Source: Bacillus subtilis subsp. subtilis str. 168 (lineage in GTDB: Bacteria > Bacillota > Bacilli > Bacillales > Bacillaceae). Taken from it: a stretch of DNA of 32,000 bases. Positions 18,724 through 28,302 of the stretch are shown piece by piece. The stretch spans positions 330,001-362,000 of the forward strand of contig NC_000964.3 in the NCBI RefSeq assembly GCF_000009045.1, given 5' to 3'. Positions within the stretch are counted from its first letter, which is position 1. Each line of letters starts with the position of its first letter. The notes under the pieces are model-generated. The model saw nothing but the letters and a program-made list of their open reading frames with translations, ran no database searches and was not told the DNA's origin. A program made the translations under genes and the position numbers.

Positions 18724-19959
18724 ATGGAAGAGCTTTTAGAGAGAGTTTTTTCATTTTCAGATGTTGATAAGCTAATTGATTTTATTAGCTATGAACTGCA
18801 AAAGCCAGTGATACTGGAAAGCGCGGATTTCTTTTTGTTAGCCTATAATTCTTACTATATTAACCATTTTGATTCTGCCAACCAGCAGACTATTTTTTCG
18901 AAAAAGTGTCCGGTCCAGATTTTTGAGAGGTTTCTGAAGGACGGAATTATTGAAAAATTGAAAACAGAGCCTGAGCCTTTTCGCGTCAATAAAATTGAAA
19001 GCATTGGGTTAAACCAGAGGGTGGTCGTGAGTGCAAAGCACAAAGGGGAAGTCATGGGCTACATCTGGATTCAGGAGCTGGACCAAAATCTGACGGATGA
19101 AGAGCTCGACTTTTTGTACGAGACCTCCTTCCATGTCGGGAAAATCATTTATAAAACGAATAAATTGAAACAGGAAAAGGAAGAAAAAGCAGAGGATCTC
19201 ATCAAACGGGCGATCTATCAGCAATTTACCTCTGAGAAGGAACTCAGACGGGAAGCTGAAAGGATCAACACCGTGCTGCCTTCCATGTTTTCAGTTGTTA
19301 TCCTGCACGCCGCAAATGGGGATGGGGAAGCGGTTGAGGATTTAAAGGAAAATATCAGGTCGTACCTGAATTTACGGGATAAGGTCAGTCATGTCTTAAC
19401 GATCGAATCAAACATTGTCATCGTCGTAGCGAGTTTTTCCCAAAAAAGCTCCGTCTCCTCAGCAGCTTCTGAGTTTATTAACAAGCTGTTAACACATTTT
19501 CACTTTCAAAAAATACCTACCCCTATTTATATCGGTATCGGAAACGAATATAATCACCTATTAAAACTTGGCAAGAGCTACACAGAAGCACTTGAAGTCA
19601 TCAAAGCCGCAGAAATCACCGGCAATCAGGAAAACATTCCATATGAATATGCCAAACTCGGCATTTACCGCTATTTAGAAAGCATCGAACAGAAAAATGA
19701 ATTTTTAGAATACGAGAATAAAGATTTAGCTTTATTAAAAGCAAAAGACGAAGAAAGCAGCACTGAGCTGCTCAAAACCTTGGAAATCTATCTCCTCAAC
19801 AACTGCAAAACAAAACCAGCGGCAGAACAGCTGTTTATTCACCAAAATACATTGAATTACCGCATCAAACAGATTACTGAGATGACGTCGATCGATTTAA
19901 GCGATTTCAGAACGCGGTGCCAGCTCTATCTCGATTTGATGCTGATGAAAAAGAAATAA
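18724..19959 (+). CDS. putR: PucR-type transcriptional regulator, activator of put genes
   Basis: 411-aa ORF. C-terminal PucR-like HTH (LLKTLEIYLLNNCKTKPAAEQLFIHQNTLNYRIKQITEMTSIDL). Adjacent to putBCP, AGGAG upstream. Confidence 0.93.
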   Translation: MEELLERVFSFSDVDKLIDFISYELQKPVILESADFFLLAYNSYYINHFDSANQQTIFSKKCPVQIFERFLKDGIIEKLKTEPEPFRVNKIESIGLNQRVVVSAKHKGEVMGYIWIQELDQNLTDEELDFLYETSFHVGKIIYKTNKLKQEKEEKAEDLIKRAIYQQFTSEKELRREAERINTVLPSMFSVVILHAANGDGEAVEDLKENIRSYLNLRDKVSHVLTIESNIVIVVASFSQKSSVSSAASEFINKLLTHFHFQKIPTPIYIGIGNEYNHLLKLGKSYTEALEVIKAAEITGNQENIPYEYAKLGIYRYLESIEQKNEFLEYENKDLALLKAKDEESSTELLKTLEIYLLNNCKTKPAAEQLFIHQNTLNYRIKQITEMTSIDLSDFRTRCQLYLDLMLMKKK

Positions 19960-19963
19960 AAAA

Positions 19964-19987
19964 GAAACCAGTACTTGTACTGGTTTC
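19964..19987 (-). terminator. Intrinsic terminator of ycgRQ on the minus strand
   Basis: Minus strand: GAAACCAGTAC-aa-GTACTGGTTTC-TTTTTTATTTC. The plus-strand T-run is poor, so it serves the minus strand better. Confidence 0.75.
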
Positions 19988-19995
19988 GTCTTCAC

Positions 19996-20853
19996 TTAAA
20001 ATCCTCTGTAAACATACGGATCATCAGGTTTTTTAATGGTATTCCAGTCAGTTACTTTGACGACAGGGAGAGTTGACTTGAATGGCTGGTAATATTCTGA
20101 GGCCAGAGTGCCCTTAATGTGAATCCATTCATCATCCTTGATGTCCATGTCCTTCGGAAATTCCACAAGCATCCCGTACACGCCGGAATCAGCGATACAG
20201 TGAATGATGCCAAACCTTAATACGAACAGCTGATTTTTGTTAATTGCGTTTCCTTTGTAAGCAAATCCATGAAATTCTATCGTCCGTCCGAGAAATTCAC
20301 CCGGATAGTTATAGATGGTTTCCATTCCTTTTAGGAAATCGTCATCGGTCAGAGAAATCTCTTTTTTGCTGGAATACTTATTAAACAGCTGTTTCATTTG
20401 TTTGTCATAGCTGTCTTGCGCGTAATAAAGGCTGGCATCAGGCCGCAAATACTGTGTTTGGGAGTAGTGATCTCCGCTCTCCATCGCCTTAAACGAGAAC
20501 CCTTTTGTTTTGACTATGGATGAGTCAAGCGTTGCAATCGGGAAGAAGATGCCTGACACCAAAGGAAAAAGAAAAACAACATAAATCAAATAACGCTGAT
20601 AAAATGGCTTGTTTTGTTCATGGTCATGCTCGTGATCATGGCCGCACCCGCAATCATGGTCATGGTGATGTCCGCTTTTTTCAGGCGACTTGATAAATAG
20701 ATATGCTTGGACGGCGGTCAGAATGGCCAGCAGGAAGATCGCAATAAAGGAAAGATAGGCATATTTCATATTGATATATTTTGTTAGATTTCCTGAGGCA
20801 TGCAGATGATAAAAGAAAAACGTAAATCCCATCAGCACCAATAAACGAAACAT
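19996..20853 (-). CDS. ycgQ: TIGR03943/DUF1980-type membrane protein with His-rich stretch, partner of the YcgR permease
   Basis: 285-aa ORF containing GHHHDHDCGCGHDHEHDHE. Lies downstream of ycgR. Confidence 0.87.
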   Translation of the reverse strand: MFRLLVLMGFTFFFYHLHASGNLTKYINMKYAYLSFIAIFLLAILTAVQAYLFIKSPEKSGHHHDHDCGCGHDHEHDHEQNKPFYQRYLIYVVFLFPLVSGIFFPIATLDSSIVKTKGFSFKAMESGDHYSQTQYLRPDASLYYAQDSYDKQMKQLFNKYSSKKEISLTDDDFLKGMETIYNYPGEFLGRTIEFHGFAYKGNAINKNQLFVLRFGIIHCIADSGVYGMLVEFPKDMDIKDDEWIHIKGTLASEYYQPFKSTLPVVKVTDWNTIKKPDDPYVYRGF

Positions 20854-20857
20854 CCAA

Positions 20858-21742
20858 TCACCCCTTTACCAGTAGTGATCCCGCTAAAACAATCACGACA
20901 ATGTATGTAATCAGCAGGAAAACAAATCGTTTTTTGAAGGCCGCAAGCATCATCAATAGATTCTTAATATCCACCATTGCACCAAAGACGAGAAAGGCGA
21001 TTAACGATCCTAATGAAAACGTGCTGCTGAAGGAAGACGCGATGAACGCATCAACTTCTGAACAAAGCGACAGGACAAACGCCAGACCCATCATCACGAG
21101 GGAAGAGGATACATCATTCTGCCCGATCGCAAGCAGAGTGGATGTTTTGACATACGTCTGCATAGCGGCTGCGATAAAGGCGCCGATGATTAAATATTTC
21201 CCCACGGAGAAAAATTCATCAATGGCATGCCGCAAGGTCCCGCCCAGTTTTTGGAGCAAGGTGCCGTGATGATGATGGTGGTGCCCGGGTTCATCAGGCT
21301 TTAAAAGCTGGTTATCCTTAAATTGATAGGATAAGATGACCCCGATGATCAGCGAAACGGCGAGAGCCAGTCCGCCTCTGTAAAAGACCACGCTCCATCT
21401 ATTCCCGAACGCAATATAAGTAGAAAATAAAACGATAGGATTAATGATAGGCGCGGTCAGCATGAAAGCAACGCCCGCATGCAGAGGAACTCCCTTTAAC
21501 AGAAGCCGCCTCGTAATCGGGATGATGCCGCATTCGCAGGCGGGAAATAAAACGCCGGCCAGCGCACCGAATAAAACGGCGAGAAAACGGTTTTTCGGCA
21601 TGATTCTTGCAATCATTTCTTCAGAAACAAACATTTGAATGATTCCGGAAAGTATGACGCCAATCAGAATAAACGGAATGGCTTCTATTAAAATGCTGAT
21701 AAAAATAGAATTCAGCTGAAGAAAAGATGATTGTGCTGTCAC
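20858..21742 (-). CDS. ycgR: Permease of the YraQ/DUF318 (ArsP_1) family
   Basis: GTG at 21742 preceded by GGAGG with 7-nt spacing (reverse strand) gives 294 aa. Motifs GALAGVLFPACECGIIPITRRLLLKGVPLHAGVAFMLTAPIINP. Confidence 0.9.
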   Translation of the reverse strand: MTAQSSFLQLNSIFISILIEAIPFILIGVILSGIIQMFVSEEMIARIMPKNRFLAVLFGALAGVLFPACECGIIPITRRLLLKGVPLHAGVAFMLTAPIINPIVLFSTYIAFGNRWSVVFYRGGLALAVSLIIGVILSYQFKDNQLLKPDEPGHHHHHHGTLLQKLGGTLRHAIDEFFSVGKYLIIGAFIAAAMQTYVKTSTLLAIGQNDVSSSLVMMGLAFVLSLCSEVDAFIASSFSSTFSLGSLIAFLVFGAMVDIKNLLMMLAAFKKRFVFLLITYIVVIVLAGSLLVKG

Positions 21743-21841
21743 AATAAAACCTCCGCTCATGTTAAGCTGCCTTTCTTATGATACCAGAAAAAAAGGCACT
21801 GCTTGTTTGACGGAGGAGGGGAAAGGATCGTTTCACTTTGG

Positions 21842-22705
21842 TTAGGATTCCAAAAAGCCGAGTAGGATACTGCCTGTTTCTGCAGCTTCTTTTCCGAGCC
21901 AAATCAGGTGTCCCCATGAGTGAAGCAAACAGAGAACAGCGCCACGAATGTGCTCTTTTGCATGATGTGCATGTGACAAGTCAACCAATCCGTCATAAAC
22001 ACTTTGCATAATCAGCACGGGACATATGATGGCTTGCAGGTCTTTTAAAGAGACAGCGGCGGTTTGTGACAAGTCAATCAGAAATCCTTCACCCGAGCGC
22101 TGCCGGCTGTTCATTTTCCGAAATGCTTCTATGTCTTTTTCATTCATCAAGGACTTGATTCGCTGAAACGGAAGCGTGCTGAATTGGGGGCTCATAGCTC
22201 GAAACATCAAACGCGGGAAAGCGTTATTCAAGGAAGAAATCAGCTTCCATATCCACTTTTCCACCGGCGGGCGGAAGAGAATTTCCCCCAATTTATATTC
22301 AGTGTCTTTTGGGGTGAGCCACTCTTTGGTGACTGCGGATTGCAGGGTCAATGTATTTACTCTTTCCGGATAATGTGAGGCAAAGCATATGCCGCTCGGC
22401 CCTCCTGCTGAGATGGCGATCACATGGACACTCTCGATTTGTAGATGATCTAATAATTTCACATAGAAACGGCAGGCATTGGCAAGACTTTTTCCAATTT
22501 CTTTTGACGTCCGTCCATAGCCAGGCCTTGAAGGCGTAATGATGGAATACCCTTGTTCAATCAACGCTGTGTATCCGAATTCCTCGTAACAATTTGAATG
22601 CCCGCCATGCATGACAAGGATCGGAGTTCCCTTGCCTGTCACAGAATATTCTAGTGTACCGCCATCGAAGGTGATCGTTTCAACTCGTCTTTTCATCTGT
22701 TTCAC
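21842..22705 (-). CDS. ycgS: Alpha/beta hydrolase family protein
   Basis: 287-aa ORF with VMHGGHSNCYEEFG, nucleophile elbow SAGGPSG and C-terminal SWGHLIW. Exact start uncertain (GTG 22705 or ATG 22696). Confidence 0.87.
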   Translation of the reverse strand: MKQMKRRVETITFDGGTLEYSVTGKGTPILVMHGGHSNCYEEFGYTALIEQGYSIITPSRPGYGRTSKEIGKSLANACRFYVKLLDHLQIESVHVIAISAGGPSGICFASHYPERVNTLTLQSAVTKEWLTPKDTEYKLGEILFRPPVEKWIWKLISSLNNAFPRLMFRAMSPQFSTLPFQRIKSLMNEKDIEAFRKMNSRQRSGEGFLIDLSQTAAVSLKDLQAIICPVLIMQSVYDGLVDLSHAHHAKEHIRGAVLCLLHSWGHLIWLGKEAAETGSILLGFLES

Positions 22706-22722
22706 CCAATTGGTTTTTGCCT

Positions 22723-22751
22723 ATTATAGAGTTTTCAGCAATTGACCACAA
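22723..22751 (-). promoter_or_regulatory. Candidate sigma-A promoter of ycgS
   Basis: Minus strand: TTGTGG-N17-TATAAT. Confidence 0.65.
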
Positions 22752-22802
22752 GGTAGAAGAAATGAATAAACAAAGGCCCTTGAAATATGATATACTTTGT
22801 AT

Positions 22803-22817
22803 TGATATTCATTCTCA
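22803..22817 (+). promoter_or_regulatory. Candidate Fur box of ycgT
   Basis: TGATATTcATTCTCA matches the 7-1-7 Fur box TGATAATnATTATCA at 12 of 14 arm positions. Overlaps a possible -10 (TTGAAA at 22780, N17, TGATAT at 22803). Confidence 0.6.
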
Positions 22818-22830
22818 ATTAAAACTTTGA

Positions 22831-23868
<1,038 letters not shown>

Positions 23869-23870
23869 AA

Positions 23871-23892
23871 CAGCCCTTGAGGAAAAGGGCTG
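23871..23892 (-). terminator. Intrinsic terminator of the nas operon (nasF end) on the minus strand
   Basis: Minus strand: CAGCCCTT-ttcctc-AAGGGCTG-TTTTATTTAT. May also stop ycgT transcripts weakly. Confidence 0.75.
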
Positions 23893-23899
23893 CTTGCCA

Positions 23900-25351
23900 T
23901 CAGGTGTGAAGGAGTTTTTTCTCTGCATGTTGATTGTGGATGAAAGCTAGCAATTCATCCTGTTCTTGTACGGCTGTGAATCCATAAATGCCGGCAGCTG
24001 AGTCATCGCCTATGCAGACGATAGGAGGGCGGCTTGCTGACGGTTCCGGCAAAATGCCAATTTGTTCGCCACCATTGATCAATTGCTGAACGGACAGCTT
24101 GTTTGGGCAAATGACCATGTGCAGCGGGGATTCACTGATGGTACGCTGAATCATGTGGGTGAACCGGTCATCTATGACGTTTTCATGAGTGATATAAAAC
24201 GAACAGGATTCATGCTTTTGCATGTTTTCCACTGCATGGCGGCTCCCGACAACAAGACGTTTCTCTGAATCAGGCTGAATGGCGGTGACAAGAAAGCCCC
24301 GTTTCTCAAGCTCTGTCTTTGCTTGCTCAGATGCTGCACTCAGTTTGGCTGTCAGCTGGCGGATGTCGATTTTCTGAGAAGCCAGTGCTCTGAAAAATTC
24401 ACAAACCGCCCGGCGCGATGTGAAAAAAACGTCTTCAAAGGTGCCAATCTTTCGAAGAATTTCTTCATTGACAGGCATGTTTTCGGTCCGCCATTTCGGC
24501 CACTCGATGAGATCGGCGCCGGAATCGCGCAGCTTGTCTGCAAGCGGGTCTTCATCTTCGCCATGAGTCACAACCATCAAATGCCGTCCGATGAGCGGTT
24601 TGCTTTCAAACCAGCTGTGTGTTTGAAAGTTGACGATGTCTCCGATGACGATAATCGCAGGGTTTGTAATCTGGTGTTCCTGCACTTTTTGCTGAATGTT
24701 CTCAAGTGTTCCTTTCACACTCCGCTGGCGGCCCCACGTTCCCCATTGGATGACAATGACAGGGACAGAAGGCGATTTCCCGTATGAAATAAGCTGCTGG
24801 CAAATATAAGACAAGTTCTTGACACCCATGTAAAAAACAAGGGTTTGAACGCTTCGGGCCAGCCCTTCCCAGTCAAGGTTCGGCGTGCCTTTTAATGATT
24901 TATCATGCGCTGTAATCATGGCAAAAGACGATGCAAAATCCCGATGCGTGACGGGGATGCCCGCATATAGCGGCGCTGCAATTCCAGAGGTGATTCCCGG
25001 CACCATTTCATAGCGAATGCCGTGCTCATGAAGAGCATCTGCTTCCTCGCCGACTCTGCCGAATACGCTCGGATCTCCGCCCTTCAAGCGAACGACGGTT
25101 AACCCATTTAATGCTTTTTCAACCAGCAGGGCGTTAATTTCTTTTTGTTTCATAAAATGGCGGTTTGGCAGTTTTCCGCAATAAATAAACTGGCAGTCCG
25201 GTGATGCAAATTCGAGCAGCTTCGGGTTGGCGAGCCGGTCATATAAAATCACATCTGCTTCCTTGAGCGCCTGTTTTCCTTTGATGGTGAGCAGGCCTGG
25301 GTCGCCGGGTCCGGCTCCCACGAAATATACGATTCCGTTCTTCATGATCAT
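23900..25351 (-). CDS. nasF: Uroporphyrinogen-III C-methyltransferase, siroheme biosynthesis
   Basis: 483-aa ORF with SUMT motifs (VGAGPGDPGLLTIKG, VVRLKGGDPSVFGR). C-terminal region resembles uroporphyrinogen-III synthase. Confidence 0.95.
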   Translation of the reverse strand: MIMKNGIVYFVGAGPGDPGLLTIKGKQALKEADVILYDRLANPKLLEFASPDCQFIYCGKLPNRHFMKQKEINALLVEKALNGLTVVRLKGGDPSVFGRVGEEADALHEHGIRYEMVPGITSGIAAPLYAGIPVTHRDFASSFAMITAHDKSLKGTPNLDWEGLARSVQTLVFYMGVKNLSYICQQLISYGKSPSVPVIVIQWGTWGRQRSVKGTLENIQQKVQEHQITNPAIIVIGDIVNFQTHSWFESKPLIGRHLMVVTHGEDEDPLADKLRDSGADLIEWPKWRTENMPVNEEILRKIGTFEDVFFTSRRAVCEFFRALASQKIDIRQLTAKLSAASEQAKTELEKRGFLVTAIQPDSEKRLVVGSRHAVENMQKHESCSFYITHENVIDDRFTHMIQRTISESPLHMVICPNKLSVQQLINGGEQIGILPEPSASRPPIVCIGDDSAAGIYGFTAVQEQDELLAFIHNQHAEKKLLHT

Positions 25352-25411
25352 GTCATCCTTCCGTCACTGTAAAAAATGAAGGACCACTAGAAAAGTGATC
25401 CGGTCTTTTGA

Positions 25412-25732
25412 TCAATATACGAGATAAACATGTTCTCCTTCGATCAGCGTTTCATATGTTTTGACGCATCCGTGGTCAGGTTCTTGGACGATTCCGTCTT
25501 CTAAGGAAATTTTCCAGTCGTGCATCGGGCAGAAAACATATTGACCGCTGACGATGCCTTCTGCCAGGACGCCGCCCTTATGCGGACAGCGGTTTTCAAT
25601 GGCGCGGATGCTTCCGTCTGAAAGCTTGAAAACCGCGAGCTCCTTATCTTCAATATACACTGTTTTGCCTAATTGTTCAGGCAATTCTTCAATTTTTCCG
25701 ATACATACTTTTGTTACGTCTTTGTTTACCAT
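25412..25732 (-). CDS. nasE: Assimilatory nitrite reductase small subunit (Rieske-type)
   Basis: ATG at 25732 with AGGAGG upstream gives 106 aa. Rieske motifs CPHKGG (C-x-H type) and CPMHDW. Confidence 0.95.
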
Positions 25733-25763
25733 GTCCATTCCTCCTCAATGATAGTTTTTGTCA

Positions 25764-28181
25764 TTATGATGTGGTCACGACATTTTCAAATAATTCTTTA
25801 GAGGTTTGTTTATCCTCTAAAAAGTCTTTCCACGGATCCTTGTGGACAGAGAGTGTTTCATTCATTCGGCCGTTCAGCTCCTGCCGCTTTTCCGGATCGT
25901 TTAACACGGATTGGACATGGGATAAACCGACGCGCTCAAGCCATGCGGACGTACGCTCCAGATAGTTTGCGGTTTCCCTGTAATATTGCAGGTAAGCGCC
26001 CGCGTATTCTAAGACTTCTTCATTTGTTTTCACCTTCATCAGCAAATCGCCGGCACGCAAATGGGTTCCGCCGTTTCCGCCGACATAAAGCTCCCAGCCT
26101 CCGTCGATGCCGACAACGCCAAGGTCCTTAATGCCGGATTCCGCACAGTTTCGCGGGCAGGCAGACACGGCCATTTTGACTTTGTGAGGCGTGTTCAGCC
26201 CTTCGAATTTTTTCTCAAGCGCAATGCCCAGTGCCATGGAGTCTTGTGTGCCGAAGCGGCAGAATTGCTCGCCTACACATGTTTTCACTGTGCGGAGCGT
26301 TTTTCCGTACGCGTAGCCCGATGGCATATCAAGATCTTCCCATACCTTCGGAAGGTCTTCTTTTTTCACGCCGATAAGATCAATTCGCTGGCCGCCTGTC
26401 ATTTTCACGAGCGGGATCTCATATTTGTCAACGACATCGGCGATCTTGCGCAAATCTGTGGAGTTGGTCACGCCGCCGTACATCCGAGGAACGACTGAGT
26501 ATGTTCCGTCTTTTTGAATATTGGCGTGCATTCGTTCATTAACAAAGCGGGATGTCCGGTCATCCTCGTATTTGGTTGGATTGATCATGCCTAAGTAGTA
26601 GTTCAGAGCGGGTCGGCATTTAGAACAGCCTTCTGGCGTTTTCCAGCCGAGCACATTCATGACTTCTCTTGTATGTGACAGCCCTTTGGCTTTGATTTCT
26701 TCTACGACTTCATCTCTCGACAATGTGGTGCAGCCGCAAATGGCTTCTTTTTGCGCTGACGCATCAAAGTCTGATCCGAGCGTATGCTGGAGGATTTCTT
26801 CTACGAGCGGCTTACAGCCTCCGCATGAGCGGGATGCGCCGGTGCATGCTTTGATTTCGTCCGTTGACGAGCAGCCCTTTTCCTGTATGGCTTGAATAAT
26901 CGCACCTTTTGACACGCCGTTACAGCCGCAGATGATTTCATCGTCGCTCATCGCTGCGGTTATGCTTGTGCCTGCTTCCTGGCTGAGGGGCTGTAAGATT
27001 GATATTTTAGAGGTTTCAGAGATATCGGCTTCTTTTTGAATCATAGAAAACAGGCGATTGCCTTCGCTGCTGTCGCCGAATAAAACAGCACCGACAATTT
27101 GATTGCCTCTCAGGACAATTTTTTTATAGATGCCGTCCTGCTCATCGAAGACTTTAATCGCTTTTTTCTCCTCTGATTCGTTAAAGTCACCGGCAGAGAA
27201 GACCTCGACGCCTGATACCTTTAACTGTGTGGAGAGAACGGAGCCCTCATACGGTTTTGTTTCGATGCCGCACATATGCTTTGCCAGCACTTTTGCCTGT
27301 TCATACAGCGGCGCCACAAGCCCGTAGGCGATTCCTCGGTGCTCGGCACATTCGCCGACCGCGTAAATGTGCGGGATTTCAGTCTGCATATAATCGTTGA
27401 CGATGATGCCGCGGTTAACCGGAATGCCGCTCTCGGCCCCGAGCGTTGTATTTGGGCGGATGCCGACAGCCATGACGACTAAATCAGCTTCAATGCTTGT
27501 GCCATCCTTGAATCGGAGGCCTTCGACACGGTCGTCACCGACAATTTCTTCTGTTTGCTTTTCAAGTAAAAAGGTCATACCTTGTTTTTCTAACTCGTTT
27601 TGCAGCAGGCGTCCTGCCGTTGCATCAAGCTGGCGCTCCATCAGGAATGGGGCAAGGTGGATGACGGACACGTCCATGCCGAGATTCAGCAGTCCGCGAG
27701 CTGCTTCCAAACCAAGTAGTCCTCCGCCGATGACGGCAGCTTTTTTATATTGTTTTGACGCGGCGAGCATTGTGTCTGTATCTTTTATGTCCCGGAAAGC
27801 TGTGACGCCTTTTTTGTCTGCGCCCGGAATCGGAAGGATAAAAGGGACCGATCCTGTCGCCAGGATCAATTCATCGTAAGGCTGGATTCTGTCTGCATCT
27901 GTGATGACTGTTTTGTTTTCCGTGTCCACTTTGATGACTGTTTCATTTGTATACAATTGAATGTTGTTTTCTTCGTACCAGTCCCAATCGTTTAACGTAA
28001 TATCTTTAATATCTGTATCGCCTTGAAGCACTTTTGACAAAAGGATTCGGTTGTAATTGGGATGCGGTTCGGCACCGAAAATTGTGATCTGAAACTCGTC
28101 TTTAGCAACACTCAGTATCTCTTCAATGGCCCTTACCCCGGCCATTCCATTACCAACAAGAACTAGCTGTTTTTTTCCCAT
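25764..28181 (-). CDS. nasD: Assimilatory nitrite reductase large subunit (NirB-type)
   Basis: 805-aa ORF with FAD/NAD domains, two BFD-like iron-sulfur domains, and siroheme/4Fe-4S motifs TCVGEQFC and ACPRNC. Confidence 0.97.
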   Translation of the reverse strand: MGKKQLVLVGNGMAGVRAIEEILSVAKDEFQITIFGAEPHPNYNRILLSKVLQGDTDIKDITLNDWDWYEENNIQLYTNETVIKVDTENKTVITDADRIQPYDELILATGSVPFILPIPGADKKGVTAFRDIKDTDTMLAASKQYKKAAVIGGGLLGLEAARGLLNLGMDVSVIHLAPFLMERQLDATAGRLLQNELEKQGMTFLLEKQTEEIVGDDRVEGLRFKDGTSIEADLVVMAVGIRPNTTLGAESGIPVNRGIIVNDYMQTEIPHIYAVGECAEHRGIAYGLVAPLYEQAKVLAKHMCGIETKPYEGSVLSTQLKVSGVEVFSAGDFNESEEKKAIKVFDEQDGIYKKIVLRGNQIVGAVLFGDSSEGNRLFSMIQKEADISETSKISILQPLSQEAGTSITAAMSDDEIICGCNGVSKGAIIQAIQEKGCSSTDEIKACTGASRSCGGCKPLVEEILQHTLGSDFDASAQKEAICGCTTLSRDEVVEEIKAKGLSHTREVMNVLGWKTPEGCSKCRPALNYYLGMINPTKYEDDRTSRFVNERMHANIQKDGTYSVVPRMYGGVTNSTDLRKIADVVDKYEIPLVKMTGGQRIDLIGVKKEDLPKVWEDLDMPSGYAYGKTLRTVKTCVGEQFCRFGTQDSMALGIALEKKFEGLNTPHKVKMAVSACPRNCAESGIKDLGVVGIDGGWELYVGGNGGTHLRAGDLLMKVKTNEEVLEYAGAYLQYYRETANYLERTSAWLERVGLSHVQSVLNDPEKRQELNGRMNETLSVHKDPWKDFLEDKQTSKELFENVVTTS

Positions 28182-28234
28182 CAGATGATCCGCTCCTTAT
28201 CAAATGTTTTTTCCAGCGTAGCACAGCAAAAAGG

Positions 28235-28251
28235 AATATTTAAGATACATG
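28235..28251 (-). promoter_or_regulatory. Candidate NsrR-like site upstream of nasD
   Basis: Minus strand carries ATGTATCTTAAATATTC (within CATGTATCTTAAATATTCC), resembling the B. subtilis class I NsrR element. Confidence 0.4.
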
Positions 28252-28266
28252 TTATAAAATGTAACA
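28250..28266. promoter_or_regulatory. Candidate TnrA box upstream of nasD
   Basis: TGTTA-TAAAATG-TAACA exactly fits TGTNA-N7-TNACA. Confidence 0.5.
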
Positions 28267-28302
28267 AAATATACGAAAAGTTCTAAAAATTTTATGAAAA
28301 AT

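Noticed and set aside
27397-27879. 160-aa plus-strand ORF antisense to nasD (also 26061-26498)
   Set aside because: Fully inside nasD, low-complexity Ser/Pro/Arg composition, best explained as shadow ORFs.
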